The notes under the pieces: generated by a model | What the model was told of the DNA's origin: nothing | What the model saw: the letters and a program-made list of their open reading frames with translations, nothing else | Database searches by the model: none | In this document: one piece after another, positions 16,734 through 25,441 of the stretch | Layout: the number at the start of each line of letters is the position of its first letter | How positions within the stretch are numbered: position 1 is the first letter of the stretch | Made by a program: the position numbers and the translations under genes | Virus record (IMG/VR): IMGVR_UViG_3300014561_000002 | Source: a virus | DNA length: 37,141 nucleotides | Direction: 5' to 3' (one strand)

Positions 16734-17762
16734 TCAGTTTGCCTTCGCCTTGGCGCTGTAGCGTGCGCTGCAGCTCTCAATGCGCACCATGTACTGCTCG
16801 CTCAGACGCTCGGCGGTCTTCACGGCCTTCCAGCCCACAGAGGCACGCTGGTTCAGGGGGTCATCGCCGTAGCCCAGTTGCTTCACGATGTGCTGCAGGC
16901 CGCCGCCCTCCAGCTCGGTGGTGGCGTAGGCGTGGGCGCCCAGCACCAGGGTGCCAAACACCGCAAGGCCGCTGGGGCAGCCGGTGCCCGTCCAGATCTT
17001 TGCCTCGCTGGTCTCCACAAAGCGCACGTTGCCGATCTTGCCGATCTCGCCCTCAAAGATCTCCTCGGGGCTGGCGTACTTGTGGGCCTCCACCCAAGCC
17101 GGGTCCTTCTTCAGGTCGTAGGCCGTGTACGGGTGGATGATGCACACATAGCTGCCGCCGGCAGAGCCGATGGGGTCAGCATTCTGCACCTTCAGCTGGG
17201 CCACCGCCTGCTCAATCAGGTCCACCGTCAGCTGGGCCGTGGCGTCCAGGCCCGCACGGCTGCTCACGGGGGTCTCAACGCCGTCGCTCACCTTGGGGGC
17301 GTAGATTACGTTGGTGCCGCCGGCCAGAATGTCGCGCACAATGGTGTCCATGGTGCGGCCGCTCTGGCTTGCCAGCACGCTGGTGGCCTGCACCACGTTG
17401 TTGTCAATGGTGGTCATCTGCACCATATCGGTCAGGGGCACCCAGCCGCCGTACTGGTGCACCTCAGCGGTCACCGTGGTCACGGTCAGGGCCTGGCCTT
17501 CCGGGGTCACGCCCTCGGTCAGGGGCGTGGTGGCCTTGGGCAGCGCGTCATACTTGCGGAACTCGATGGTCTTGCCGTTGTTGGCCGGGATCGGGTAGCT
17601 GTCGCCGAACTGGTCATGCACCAGCGCCGGCAGCGCCTGGTCGATGAGGCGGCGCTCGTAAAAGGTTTTCATCTCGGCGCTCATGCCGGAGCTGCCGGTG
17701 GTGTTCTGCAGCTGCTCGTGCGCATCCGCAAACAGCTGCAGGTTCAACTTCTTCCATTTCAT
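16734..17762 (-). CDS. Major capsid protein, HK97 fold, N4-gp56-like family (342 aa)
   Basis: ...GKTIEFRKYDALPKATTPLTEGVTPEGQALTVTTVTAEVHQYGGWVPLTD...RTMDTIVRDILAGGTNVIYAP matches the N4-gp56-type capsid signature as I remember it. I moved the start from the track's TTG (17780) to the ATG at 17762, which has GAAGGAGG 8 nt upstream. The N-terminus MKWKKLNLQLFA|D carries a Prp-type cleavage motif. Confidence 0.9.
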   Translation of the reverse strand: MKWKKLNLQLFADAHEQLQNTTGSSGMSAEMKTFYERRLIDQALPALVHDQFGDSYPIPANNGKTIEFRKYDALPKATTPLTEGVTPEGQALTVTTVTAEVHQYGGWVPLTDMVQMTTIDNNVVQATSVLASQSGRTMDTIVRDILAGGTNVIYAPKVSDGVETPVSSRAGLDATAQLTVDLIEQAVAQLKVQNADPIGSAGGSYVCIIHPYTAYDLKKDPAWVEAHKYASPEEIFEGEIGKIGNVRFVETSEAKIWTGTGCPSGLAVFGTLVLGAHAYATTELEGGGLQHIVKQLGYGDDPLNQRASVGWKAVKTAERLSEQYMVRIESCSARYSAKAKAN

Positions 17763-17814
17763 GGTTTGGTCCTCCTTCAAAGGTTTATGTTCTCACACCC
17801 TCGTGTGGGAAGTC

Positions 17815-19245
17815 TTACAGTGTGATCTTCTCGCCCCGGCGTGCCCTGCGTTCCAGGTCCTCCAGCTGGCGGCGGCTCATGCTGGCCACGTCCACATGGG
17901 TGGTCATCGCGCCGCCGGGCCGGGTGCCGTTCTCGCCGGGTCTGCTGGCCCTCTGCTGGATGCGCGCCGCCACGCCCTGCTCCACCTTCTGGGCGGTCTG
18001 GGCCGTGGCCTGCTGCATGATGTGGTCAAAGTAGGCGGCCCGGTAAGCGTCCGGCAGGCTCACGCCCCGGCGCATCAGGTCGGCCACCTGCTCGTTGGCC
18101 AGCACCTCCTGCAGCTCAAAATCCGGGTACTGGGTCTTCAGCTGGGCGGCCTGGGCCTCCCACTGTGCCTGGATCTGGCTCACCCGCTGCTGGCGGGCTG
18201 CTTCCTGCTGCATGGCCTGCAGCTGGGCGTTGCGGGTGTTGCTGCGCTTCAGGTCGCTCTCCATCTTGTCCAGCTCCCGGGCCGTTTTCACGCTCACACC
18301 CCGCTGCTGGGCCAGGTCCTCGTAATATTTCTCGTCCTTCACGCGGCCGTTCTCCACCGCCTCGATCAGGCCGTCCATGTCCTCGGTGTCCACGCCGTAG
18401 GCATTGGCCAGTGCCTGGGTCAGCCGCGCCACCTGCGGATTCTGCCGGATGTTCTCCGTGGCCTTATCAATGGCCCGCTGCATCATCTCCTGGAACACGT
18501 CGCTGTATTCGCCCTGCACCATCTCGCCAAAGGCTCTCCGGCGCTCCTCCGGGGTCTTTTCGGCCTTGGGCTCCTTGGCAGGTTCCTGGTGCTTCTCCGC
18601 TTCCGCCGGGTCACTCTCACTGCCAGAGGCCCCCTCCTTGAGGGGGCTGCCGCCCGCAGGCGGCTGGGGGAGTTTCTCCCCGCCTGCCGCCTTCCCCTTC
18701 AGCGCCCCGCTGCGCCGTGCCAGCCGCTCCTGTGCCGGCCGCAGGGCAGGCTCCTGCACCGCCGGGGCGGCCGCTTCCGCCGCACCGCCCTCTGCAGCCC
18801 CTGCGCTGCCGTCTCCGCCTTCTGCGAAATACTGCAGGTTCATCTTGCCGCTCACCATGTCCGCCAGCTTGTCAGGTTCCAGTTCCTTGGTATCGGCATA
18901 CACATAGTGCACCTCCAGTTCCACGTTCTCCGGGTAGCTCTCGGCCAGGGCGTCAATGCCGTCCTGCACCAGCTCCACCCAGGCTTCCACCATGTCCTGC
19001 GTCTGGGCGGTGGGGGTGGCCTCCACCTTCATCCAGCCGTCGCCGTGGGCCACAACGCCCACAGCCAGTAAGCCCGCCCGGGCAGCTTCCACCACCTCGT
19101 TGGCCAGCGTCTGCAGCAGCACACTTACCGCCGCACACACAATGTCCTGCCCGTACTCGCCTGCGCCGGCGTGGCCCTCGGCCTTTACCTCGTAGCCGGT
19201 CACGCCGCTGGCCCACACCGTTCTTGCAACTGTCGCTCTGATCAT
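17815..19245 (-). CDS. Prp-like cysteine protease fused in frame to scaffolding protein (476 aa)
   Basis: The N-terminal ~110 aa match ribosomal-processing protease Prp: GHAGAGEYGQDIVCAAVSVLL here versus S. aureus GHADHGEYGHDIVCAGASAVL. The catalytic residues are His25 (19171..19173) and Cys37 (19135..19137). The internal motif KMNLQYFA|EGG ends at aa 140/141. The remainder is Ala/Glu/Gln-rich and helical, like a scaffold. Start set at ATG 19245, with AAAGGAG 8 nt upstream and 14 nt after the portal stop. Confidence 0.8.
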   Translation of the reverse strand: MIRATVARTVWASGVTGYEVKAEGHAGAGEYGQDIVCAAVSVLLQTLANEVVEAARAGLLAVGVVAHGDGWMKVEATPTAQTQDMVEAWVELVQDGIDALAESYPENVELEVHYVYADTKELEPDKLADMVSGKMNLQYFAEGGDGSAGAAEGGAAEAAAPAVQEPALRPAQERLARRSGALKGKAAGGEKLPQPPAGGSPLKEGASGSESDPAEAEKHQEPAKEPKAEKTPEERRRAFGEMVQGEYSDVFQEMMQRAIDKATENIRQNPQVARLTQALANAYGVDTEDMDGLIEAVENGRVKDEKYYEDLAQQRGVSVKTARELDKMESDLKRSNTRNAQLQAMQQEAARQQRVSQIQAQWEAQAAQLKTQYPDFELQEVLANEQVADLMRRGVSLPDAYRAAYFDHIMQQATAQTAQKVEQGVAARIQQRASRPGENGTRPGGAMTTHVDVASMSRRQLEDLERRARRGEKITL

Positions 19246-19258
19246 GCCGTTTTCTCCT

Positions 19259-21286
19259 TTACTCCTTGTTCGGGTTGTTCGCATTCATGGCCCGCTTGGC
19301 CGCCTGTGTCGAGAGACTGTTGTTCCCTTCGCCCACCGCAGCGCCCAGGCTGTTGGTGGTGCTGCGGGTCACATTGCTGCTGCCGCTGCCGCCACCCGTG
19401 CTGCCCGCCGCCTGCGCAGCCGCTCCTGCCGCCTCGCTCACGTTGGTGCCGTTCTGCTGGTCGATGATGGCCGCCATTTTCTGCATCTGCTGCGCCATCT
19501 GCTGGAGCTGCTGGTACAGCGTGCCGTTCTCGCTCACCCGCTGGCGCACCTTCTCAATGCCTTCAAAGTCCATCATGTCCAGCGCCGCCAGGGCCGCGTC
19601 GGCGTTGGCCGGCGCAAAGAAGCCCATCTGGTAGCACTCTTTCGCCGTCTCGTTCTGAGAAAGGCGGCTGAAGGTGCTCTTCTTGGCCGCACTCACCGTG
19701 ATGTCAAACACTGGCTCATGGTCGCCCAGCTGCACCCCGCCGATCTCGCCGCCCGGCACGGCCCGCAGCTGCGCCGCGCTGAAGGGGGTGTACTCGGTCT
19801 GCCCCGTCTCTCCGGTAACGCGGAACACCCGCTGCTCGTCGTAGAACTGGCGCATCAGCTCAATGATCAGGTAACACTCCTTCGCAAAGGAGCGGTACGC
19901 GCTTTTCAGCATGTCCCGGCTCAGCTTGCTGCCCGCTTCCTGCAGGGCCGCAATGGCGCTGGCCGCGGTCAGGCCGCTGGTAGTGCCGCCCTGGCTCACG
20001 TCCCGGTTGCCGCTGACCTCCTTCAGCTCGTTCACCCGGTCGTCCCGGTAGGTGATGCAGTTGCCGCTCAGCACGCTGGTCTGCAGCGGCATAAAGGTGT
20101 CGCTGTTCAGCCGCCCCACCACATGCACGATGTCCCGGCTGAAGTCCGCCAGTTCTTCCTCGCTCACCCCGGCCGAGTCGCTCACCACAAAGCGCAGTTT
20201 GCTTGCCAGTTTCACGTTCTCGTCCATGGCGTGGTTCATCTCGTCAATGGCGGTCTGGGTGTCCTTCATCACGTCGATGTACCCAAAGCCCGCCGGGCTG
20301 TCCTCTTCCATGAACAACGGGTCAAACACAAAGGGGTATTTCCCGTGGTCGTAAAAGCCCCGCTCGGCCAGGGCCGGGTCGTTCTCGCTGGCGTACAGCA
20401 CCACGCCGTTGCAGTACTTGCAGTAGTGCAGCACCGGCGCGCCCTGCGGCCGGGCCTTTTTGTAGTACCAGTCCACCACCACACTCTTGCCGGTGGTGTC
20501 GAGCTGATCGTCGTGGATGTACTCGGCCACGTCCAGGCTCTTTCCGGTGTGGCCTTCCAGCTGGGGGTATTTCGCCACCAGCTGCTCGTTGTCCTCCAGG
20601 CTCAGGCTGAACAGGTTCGGGCTCTCCTGAATGTCGCTCACGCCAGGGGCCCAGTACAGCATCAGCAGGTTCACGCTCTTCACGCTGATGTCGCCAAGGC
20701 CCCCTCGCAGCGTCGGGTCCCAGAACACACCCTTCACGCCGGTGCCGGTCTTGAGCTTGCGCCACCAGGTGTCGCTGTACACCTGCTCATAGTCGCACTG
20801 CTCCAAAACCACCGGGATGATCTTCGAGAGTGCCTTGGCCGTTTCTTCGTCGTCCGCCGCCCGGGGCAAAACGTTGGGCTCCGGGTAGTTGTCCATGGCG
20901 TCGGCGTGCTTGTTGGCAATGCTGTTGAACAGCCATCCGCTGGAGGGCTTGGGCTTGCCCTCCATCATCTTGTTTTCGCAGTTCTTCCAGTGCCCCATGC
21001 GGAACCACAGCTCGTTCTCCACGATCCGCTTGTCCAGCGACGCCTTGCCCGCCTTGTATTTCTGCAGGGTCTCCCCCGCCTTTGCGATCTCCTCCGGCCC
21101 GATCACCTGCGCGCCTGCCGCCTCTTCCGTGAGGGAGCCGCCTGCCGTCTGCAGGCCCGCTCCGGTCATCGGCTCCGGCTGCTGCGCTCCCAGGCTGCTC
21201 AGCATCCCGGCCCCCGCCGGGTCTTCGCTCACCCTCTGGTCCGGGTATCGCCGCAGCAGCTCCTGCAAAAGTTCTTTTCCGTCCAC
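19259..21286 (-). CDS. Portal protein (675 aa)
   Basis: Size and position between terL and the scaffold. The conserved-looking segment LQKYKAGKASLDKRIVENELWFRMGHW... is typical of Firmicutes phage portals. Confidence 0.85.
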   Translation of the reverse strand: MDGKELLQELLRRYPDQRVSEDPAGAGMLSSLGAQQPEPMTGAGLQTAGGSLTEEAAGAQVIGPEEIAKAGETLQKYKAGKASLDKRIVENELWFRMGHWKNCENKMMEGKPKPSSGWLFNSIANKHADAMDNYPEPNVLPRAADDEETAKALSKIIPVVLEQCDYEQVYSDTWWRKLKTGTGVKGVFWDPTLRGGLGDISVKSVNLLMLYWAPGVSDIQESPNLFSLSLEDNEQLVAKYPQLEGHTGKSLDVAEYIHDDQLDTTGKSVVVDWYYKKARPQGAPVLHYCKYCNGVVLYASENDPALAERGFYDHGKYPFVFDPLFMEEDSPAGFGYIDVMKDTQTAIDEMNHAMDENVKLASKLRFVVSDSAGVSEEELADFSRDIVHVVGRLNSDTFMPLQTSVLSGNCITYRDDRVNELKEVSGNRDVSQGGTTSGLTAASAIAALQEAGSKLSRDMLKSAYRSFAKECYLIIELMRQFYDEQRVFRVTGETGQTEYTPFSAAQLRAVPGGEIGGVQLGDHEPVFDITVSAAKKSTFSRLSQNETAKECYQMGFFAPANADAALAALDMMDFEGIEKVRQRVSENGTLYQQLQQMAQQMQKMAAIIDQQNGTNVSEAAGAAAQAAGSTGGGSGSSNVTRSTTNSLGAAVGEGNNSLSTQAAKRAMNANNPNKE

Positions 21287-21326
21287 TCTGTCACTCCTTT
21301 TTTGCCCATTCCCAGTGGTGTGGGAG

Positions 21327-22787
21327 TTACACCCGCATCACATGTGTTCTGCTCTTTCTCTTGTCCAGGTCCAGCGGGTCGTCCCGCAGCGCCGTCTCTT
21401 TCTGGATCTGCCGCGGGCTGATGGGGTTTTCCATCAGCACATAGCGGCACTCGTCGTAGATGTGATCCTCCTGGTCCGAGTCAATGTCCTCCACGTTGCT
21501 CTCGTCGTACACAAGGTTCGGGATGGTCCTAATAAAGTGCCTGCAGGTATCAAACACCTGCAGCATGGGCCGCCCCTCGGCGTTAAAGGCCAGCCGGTAG
21601 TGCATCTGCATCTTTCCGGCAAGGCGAGTGTGGTCCCCCGGGTGCCATACCAGGTAGTACGGGTGCTTTTCCTGCATCTGGGCAATGCTCTCGCCCTGGC
21701 TCTCGTTGAAGATGGCCGGGTCCGCCACGCCCTGGATCACCCGGCCTTTCAGCATCGGGTCGTTCTCTTCTGCTTCCCTTATGCGCCGGGCCTGCTCCAC
21801 CGGGTCGATCTTCAGGCCTTCGTTCGGCGTGCCGGTGCAGCCGTACAGCTCCTTGATCCGGTACAGCCTGCCATCCTCGTCCGCTGCATACCACCCCACC
21901 GAGAAGGGCCGCGAGTAGCCAAAGTCGTACCCGCGCCAGATCTTCCAGTGCGCCGGAATGCGAAACGGCTTGATGACATGGGTCCACCGCTGGTCCTCGT
22001 AGTGGGCCGGGTCGTTGCGCCACTCGGTGAACACCTGGCCGCTGAAGCTGTCCCAGCTGCCATAGAGCAGCGCCTGCTTTTCTGCCTCCGGCAGGCTTGC
22101 CAGATTGTTCAGATACCCCGGGTCATTTTTCAGCAGTTCCGGGTTGTCAAAGATGGTGGAGGGGATAAACACCCGCGTGCGCCGCAGCTTTTCCACGGTG
22201 CCGTCCGGCTTCTTCACGTCCACCAGCTGCACCATCCGGGTGCCCGGGGGTGCCGGCGTGATGAACCGGGCCTTCACCCACCCGTGGCCGATGCCGCCGG
22301 GGTTGGCCGTGGCCCGGATGTACACCTGTGTGCCCGGCCCGCTGGGGCGGTTGCGGCTCATCAGGTAGCTGTACTCTTCCCAGGTGAAGTGGGTCAGCTC
22401 GTCCACCCCGATAAAATCAAACTGCTGGCCCTGGTAGTTGTATTTGTCCTGGGACCGGAACATGCTGCCAAAATAGATCTTCGCCCCGCTGGGGAAGGTC
22501 CAGCAGTGGTTGCTGGCATTGTACCGGGCCTTGGGGAATGCGGGCTTGTAGTACTGCATGGTCTTGTCGATCAGCTCCCGCAGCTGGGGAAAGGTCTTGC
22601 GCAGGATCAATGCCCGGTAGTTGGGCACATCCACCTGCCGCAGCGCCTCGATCACCAGCGCGTCGCTCTTGCCGCCGCCGGCCGCCCCGCCGTACAGGGC
22701 CTCGTCCTCGCTGCGCCGCATAAAGGCCGCCTGCCTCGGCTGCGGCCGCCAGATGATGGGCCGGCCGTTAATCTCCTGCCGTGCCAT
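21327..22787 (-). CDS. terL: Terminase large subunit (486 aa)
   Basis: Walker A-like LYGGAAGGGKSDAL near the N-terminus, a C-terminal nuclease-type acidic motif (DSDQEDHIYDECRY), and a start that overlaps the terS stop. Confidence 0.9.
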   Translation of the reverse strand: MARQEINGRPIIWRPQPRQAAFMRRSEDEALYGGAAGGGKSDALVIEALRQVDVPNYRALILRKTFPQLRELIDKTMQYYKPAFPKARYNASNHCWTFPSGAKIYFGSMFRSQDKYNYQGQQFDFIGVDELTHFTWEEYSYLMSRNRPSGPGTQVYIRATANPGGIGHGWVKARFITPAPPGTRMVQLVDVKKPDGTVEKLRRTRVFIPSTIFDNPELLKNDPGYLNNLASLPEAEKQALLYGSWDSFSGQVFTEWRNDPAHYEDQRWTHVIKPFRIPAHWKIWRGYDFGYSRPFSVGWYAADEDGRLYRIKELYGCTGTPNEGLKIDPVEQARRIREAEENDPMLKGRVIQGVADPAIFNESQGESIAQMQEKHPYYLVWHPGDHTRLAGKMQMHYRLAFNAEGRPMLQVFDTCRHFIRTIPNLVYDESNVEDIDSDQEDHIYDECRYVLMENPISPRQIQKETALRDDPLDLDKRKSRTHVMRV

Positions 22788-23478
22788 CCAGCACCACCTC
22801 CTGCTGCTCTGCGTCGTCCTTTGCTTCCATCAGCACCGCCGGGGCAGCGCTCTGGCTGCCGCCCTCGTCCCGCGGCACCAGCGCCGCCGCATTGGCCGCA
22901 GCGTTCAGCAGCACCGTGGCCACGTTCGCTGCGTCCTTGTCGGTCATGGCCAGCGCCTCGTACCGCTCCAGCTGCTGTTCCAGCTCCTTCCGCTCATCGT
23001 CCTCCAGCTGCCGGTCGTAGCTGCCCGGCTCGCTGTACACCACAAGGCCGGTTTCTGCCGCGTCCTGCAGGTTCTCCGCCTCGCTCTTGAGCAGCCCGCC
23101 GATCGCAAAGTCCCGGGCTCGGGCATCCTCGTCCAGTTTTGCCCGCAGCTTTGTGCAGATCTCGCTGGCCCGCTGGTTCTCGGCCACCCGCTGCTGCAGG
23201 TAGCCCACCTGGGCCCGGGCTCCCAGCGCCGCCCGGGCTGCGATCTCCCGCGCCGCCTGGGCCCTGGCCTCGGCAAACACCCCGTCCGACTTTCCGGCCT
23301 CCTCGGCCATCCAGCTGCGGATGGTGCTCTCCGGCACGCCGTACTTCCGGGCCACTGCACAGATGGAGTTGGAGCTGATCATGGCCATCACCACCTCAGC
23401 CCGCACCCTGGCCGGGTACTTCTTCCCGCGCCCCTGCCGACCCGGCACGGTATTTTTGCAGTATTTCCGCTGTGCCAT
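22768..23478 (-). CDS. terS: Terminase small subunit with N-terminal HTH (236 aa)
   Basis: HTH segment ICAVARKYGVPESTIRSWM followed by a coiled C-terminal part, directly upstream of and overlapping terL. Start moved to the ATG at 23478, which has GGAGGG 6 nt upstream. Confidence 0.75.
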   Translation of the reverse strand: MAQRKYCKNTVPGRQGRGKKYPARVRAEVVMAMISSNSICAVARKYGVPESTIRSWMAEEAGKSDGVFAEARAQAAREIAARAALGARAQVGYLQQRVAENQRASEICTKLRAKLDEDARARDFAIGGLLKSEAENLQDAAETGLVVYSEPGSYDRQLEDDERKELEQQLERYEALAMTDKDAANVATVLLNAAANAAALVPRDEGGSQSAAPAVLMEAKDDAEQQEVVLDGTAGD

Positions 23479-23504
23479 CCCAGGCCCTCCCTCTGTGCTC
23501 ATGG

Positions 23505-23548
23505 TTCCAGTCTATCGCAAACCGCCGCACAAAAAACCTACGGACTTT
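23505..23548 (-). promoter_or_regulatory. Conserved late-operon element, copy 1 (upstream of terS)
   Basis: The minus strand reads AAAGTCCGTAGGTTTTTTGTGCGGCGGTTTGCGATAGACTGGAA. It is 39/44 identical to 1495..1538 and lies immediately 5' of the terS RBS. Confidence 0.5.
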
Positions 23549-23734
23549 TTGGGGGAGTGGAGCACGGGTTGTGTTTGCTGTTTTTTCCGCAGCGGCCTTG
23601 CGGCGCTTTGAAAAACCAGAACACTGCCCCAGCCTCAGCTCCCTGTTTCAGCCGCAGGCGGCGGTCGTCGCCGTTGCAGCACAAAAAGGCCGCGCGCCGC
23701 TGCGCTCAGCCATCCCTCTGCGTCCCCGCAGCTG

Positions 23735-24076
23735 TCATTCCGCATCCAGCAGCCCCGCCGCTGCCGCGTAGATCCCCACCGTGCTCAGCGCTTCCAGCTC
23801 CTTGCTGTAGTAGGTCGTCCGCCCGATGTACAGCGCCCGGATCACGTCCTCTTCCCGCATGCCCTCCAGGTAGCGCATCCGCAAAAGTTCCCAGCAGGCA
23901 GGGTCTGTCCGTGCATAGTAGTCCTTCACCCGGGCCAGCACAGCTGCCCACCTGCCGTGCCCGTCGTACTGCCGCAGCGCTCTGCGCACCTCTTTCCGCT
24001 GCTTTTTGGTCACCTGCCCGCCGCCTTTCCTGCTTTTTTTGCCGTTTTTAGCTGGTATCTCACGCATTCCCCGCAC
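23735..24076 (-). CDS. Late transcriptional regulator, sigma-70 region-4-like / ArpU-RinA type (113 aa; start uncertain)
   Basis: The C-terminal segment WELLRMRYLEGMREEDVIRALYIGRTTYYSKELEALSTVG looks like sigma region 4/RinA-type activators. It is the last gene before the packaging module. The RBS is weak for both candidate starts (24076 GTG, 24067 ATG). Confidence 0.55.
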   Translation of the reverse strand: MRGMREIPAKNGKKSRKGGGQVTKKQRKEVRRALRQYDGHGRWAAVLARVKDYYARTDPACWELLRMRYLEGMREEDVIRALYIGRTTYYSKELEALSTVGIYAAAAGLLDAE

Positions 24077-24117
24077 AAACCGCCTATTTTACGCGCAAAA
24101 TAAAATTATCTTGTCTG

Positions 24118-25002
24118 TCATGTGCGAACTTTCGCAAACTCCCGCCGCCGCAGGATCACATAAGCCTGCGGTTCGGTGGCTTCCCAGCCCTCCGGCCGGG
24201 GCTCGATGCTCTCGTGCAGCCCGCCGGGGTCAAAGATCTGGATCTTCACGCACTCCCACCCCGGGAACAGCTTTTCCCACCACGCCGGGTCCTCCGCGTG
24301 TTCGCTGCAGGCCTCCCGCAGCTGGCGGCGGCTCCACTTGGTGTCAGCTGCCGGCTGCTCCTCCGGCAGGGTCAGGTTGCTGGTTTCCAGGCACCGCCGG
24401 AAGCCGTGGCCGTAGATGTACCCCACCGTGCCGCTCGTACCCTGCCCGTCAATGCCCAGGATCTTCTTCATGATGATCCGGTCTGCGTTCATGGTGCCCA
24501 TGGGCTCAAACTCCCGTGTGCCGGGGACACGCCGCCGCCATAGATCCTCCAGCATATACCGCAGCTCCCGCCGCTCTGCCTCACTCAGCCCCGGGCACTG
24601 GGCAAAGCCATGCATGTGCAGCCGCCCGGCCTCGCCGTTGCGCACGGCCCACAGCATCAACTTCAGCCACGTTCCCCGCACGCCAAACCGCTTGCGTGCC
24701 GCCCGCTGCACTCGCCGGGCGTAGTTTCTCACGTCCCGCCAGCAGCCTTCCTCGTCCTCGGGCAGGTAGGCGTCCTCGTATGTAGCGGTCAGGTAAAAGC
24801 CGTTCTGGTCAAAATTGGCCAGCACCTTGCGCTGTCGGCGGCGCAGGCTGGCGGCTTTGTTCCGGCTCTTCTGCCCCCGGTCACTTTCCTTGCGCTTCTT
24901 GCCCCGCTGGCGGTGCTCCTGATCCGTCACGGGGTAAATGCCCACGGCCTGGTATGTGTCCCCGCAAAGGGTCCTTTTTTCCCGGATGTAGCTTTTTCGC
25001 AT
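24118..25002 (-). CDS. Putative rolling-circle replication initiator (HUH endonuclease-like, 294 aa)
   Basis: Three Rep-like motifs in order: FYLTATYED (motif I-like), GRLHMHGF (HUH) and TVGYIYGHGF (Tyr motif candidate). Start set at ATG 25002, with AGGGAGGG 7 nt upstream. Confidence 0.5.
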   Translation of the reverse strand: MRKSYIREKRTLCGDTYQAVGIYPVTDQEHRQRGKKRKESDRGQKSRNKAASLRRRQRKVLANFDQNGFYLTATYEDAYLPEDEEGCWRDVRNYARRVQRAARKRFGVRGTWLKLMLWAVRNGEAGRLHMHGFAQCPGLSEAERRELRYMLEDLWRRRVPGTREFEPMGTMNADRIIMKKILGIDGQGTSGTVGYIYGHGFRRCLETSNLTLPEEQPAADTKWSRRQLREACSEHAEDPAWWEKLFPGWECVKIQIFDPGGLHESIEPRPEGWEATEPQAYVILRRREFAKVRT

Positions 25003-25210
25003 CCCGGTGCCCTCCCTGTCCGGTAAACTTTTCGTGTTGGTTTCTTTTCTGTGGCCCACACAGTCACAAGATTAACGGGTATACAAGCCCCCAAAGCGCC
25101 CGCCTCGGACGCCTATTATAAAAAGGAATGGTTTGTTCAGTTCAAACGCCTGCCGCCAGAGCTTTCCCTCTGGCAGCACCCGTTCGGCCTGACGCTCCCG
25201 CCGTCGCCAA

Positions 25211-25247
25211 AGCCCCCGGCCGCGCGCATCCAGCGCCGCCGGGGGCT
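25211..25247 (-). terminator. GC-rich hairpin after the early operon
   Basis: AGCCCCCGGC (25211..25220) pairs with GCCGGGGGCT (25238..25247), a 10-bp stem lying 3 nt after the stop of the 63-aa ORF. The U-tract is weak. Confidence 0.4.
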
Positions 25248-25249
25248 CG

Positions 25250-25441
25250 TTATTTGTGCTTTCCGCCCATCCAGAACTCCGCGTCAAAGTCGTTCCGGTT
25301 GATCTTTCCCGCATCGTTCTGGCTCTTCGTGTAGGTCTTTTCTTTCTGTACCTCGGCTTTCCAGGCCCGGTATTTTTCGCACCGGTCGCTGCAGGCTGGG
25401 TGCCGGTCCGGGCAGTCCGGCGTGCATACCGGCTTTACCAT
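25250..25441 (-). CDS. Small Cys-rich (zinc-finger-like) protein (63 aa)
   Basis: Cys spacing CTPDCPDRHPACSDRCEKY. The start overlaps the upstream gene. Confidence 0.55.
   Translation of the reverse strand: MVKPVCTPDCPDRHPACSDRCEKYRAWKAEVQKEKTYTKSQNDAGKINRNDFDAEFWMGGKHK

Noticed and set aside
23549-23734. Non-coding stretch between the late regulator and terS, inspected for a tRNA or an obvious pac/cos site
   Set aside because: No cloverleaf-compatible arms and no clear repeat structure, only short GC-rich hairpins. Nothing I can support from the sequence alone.
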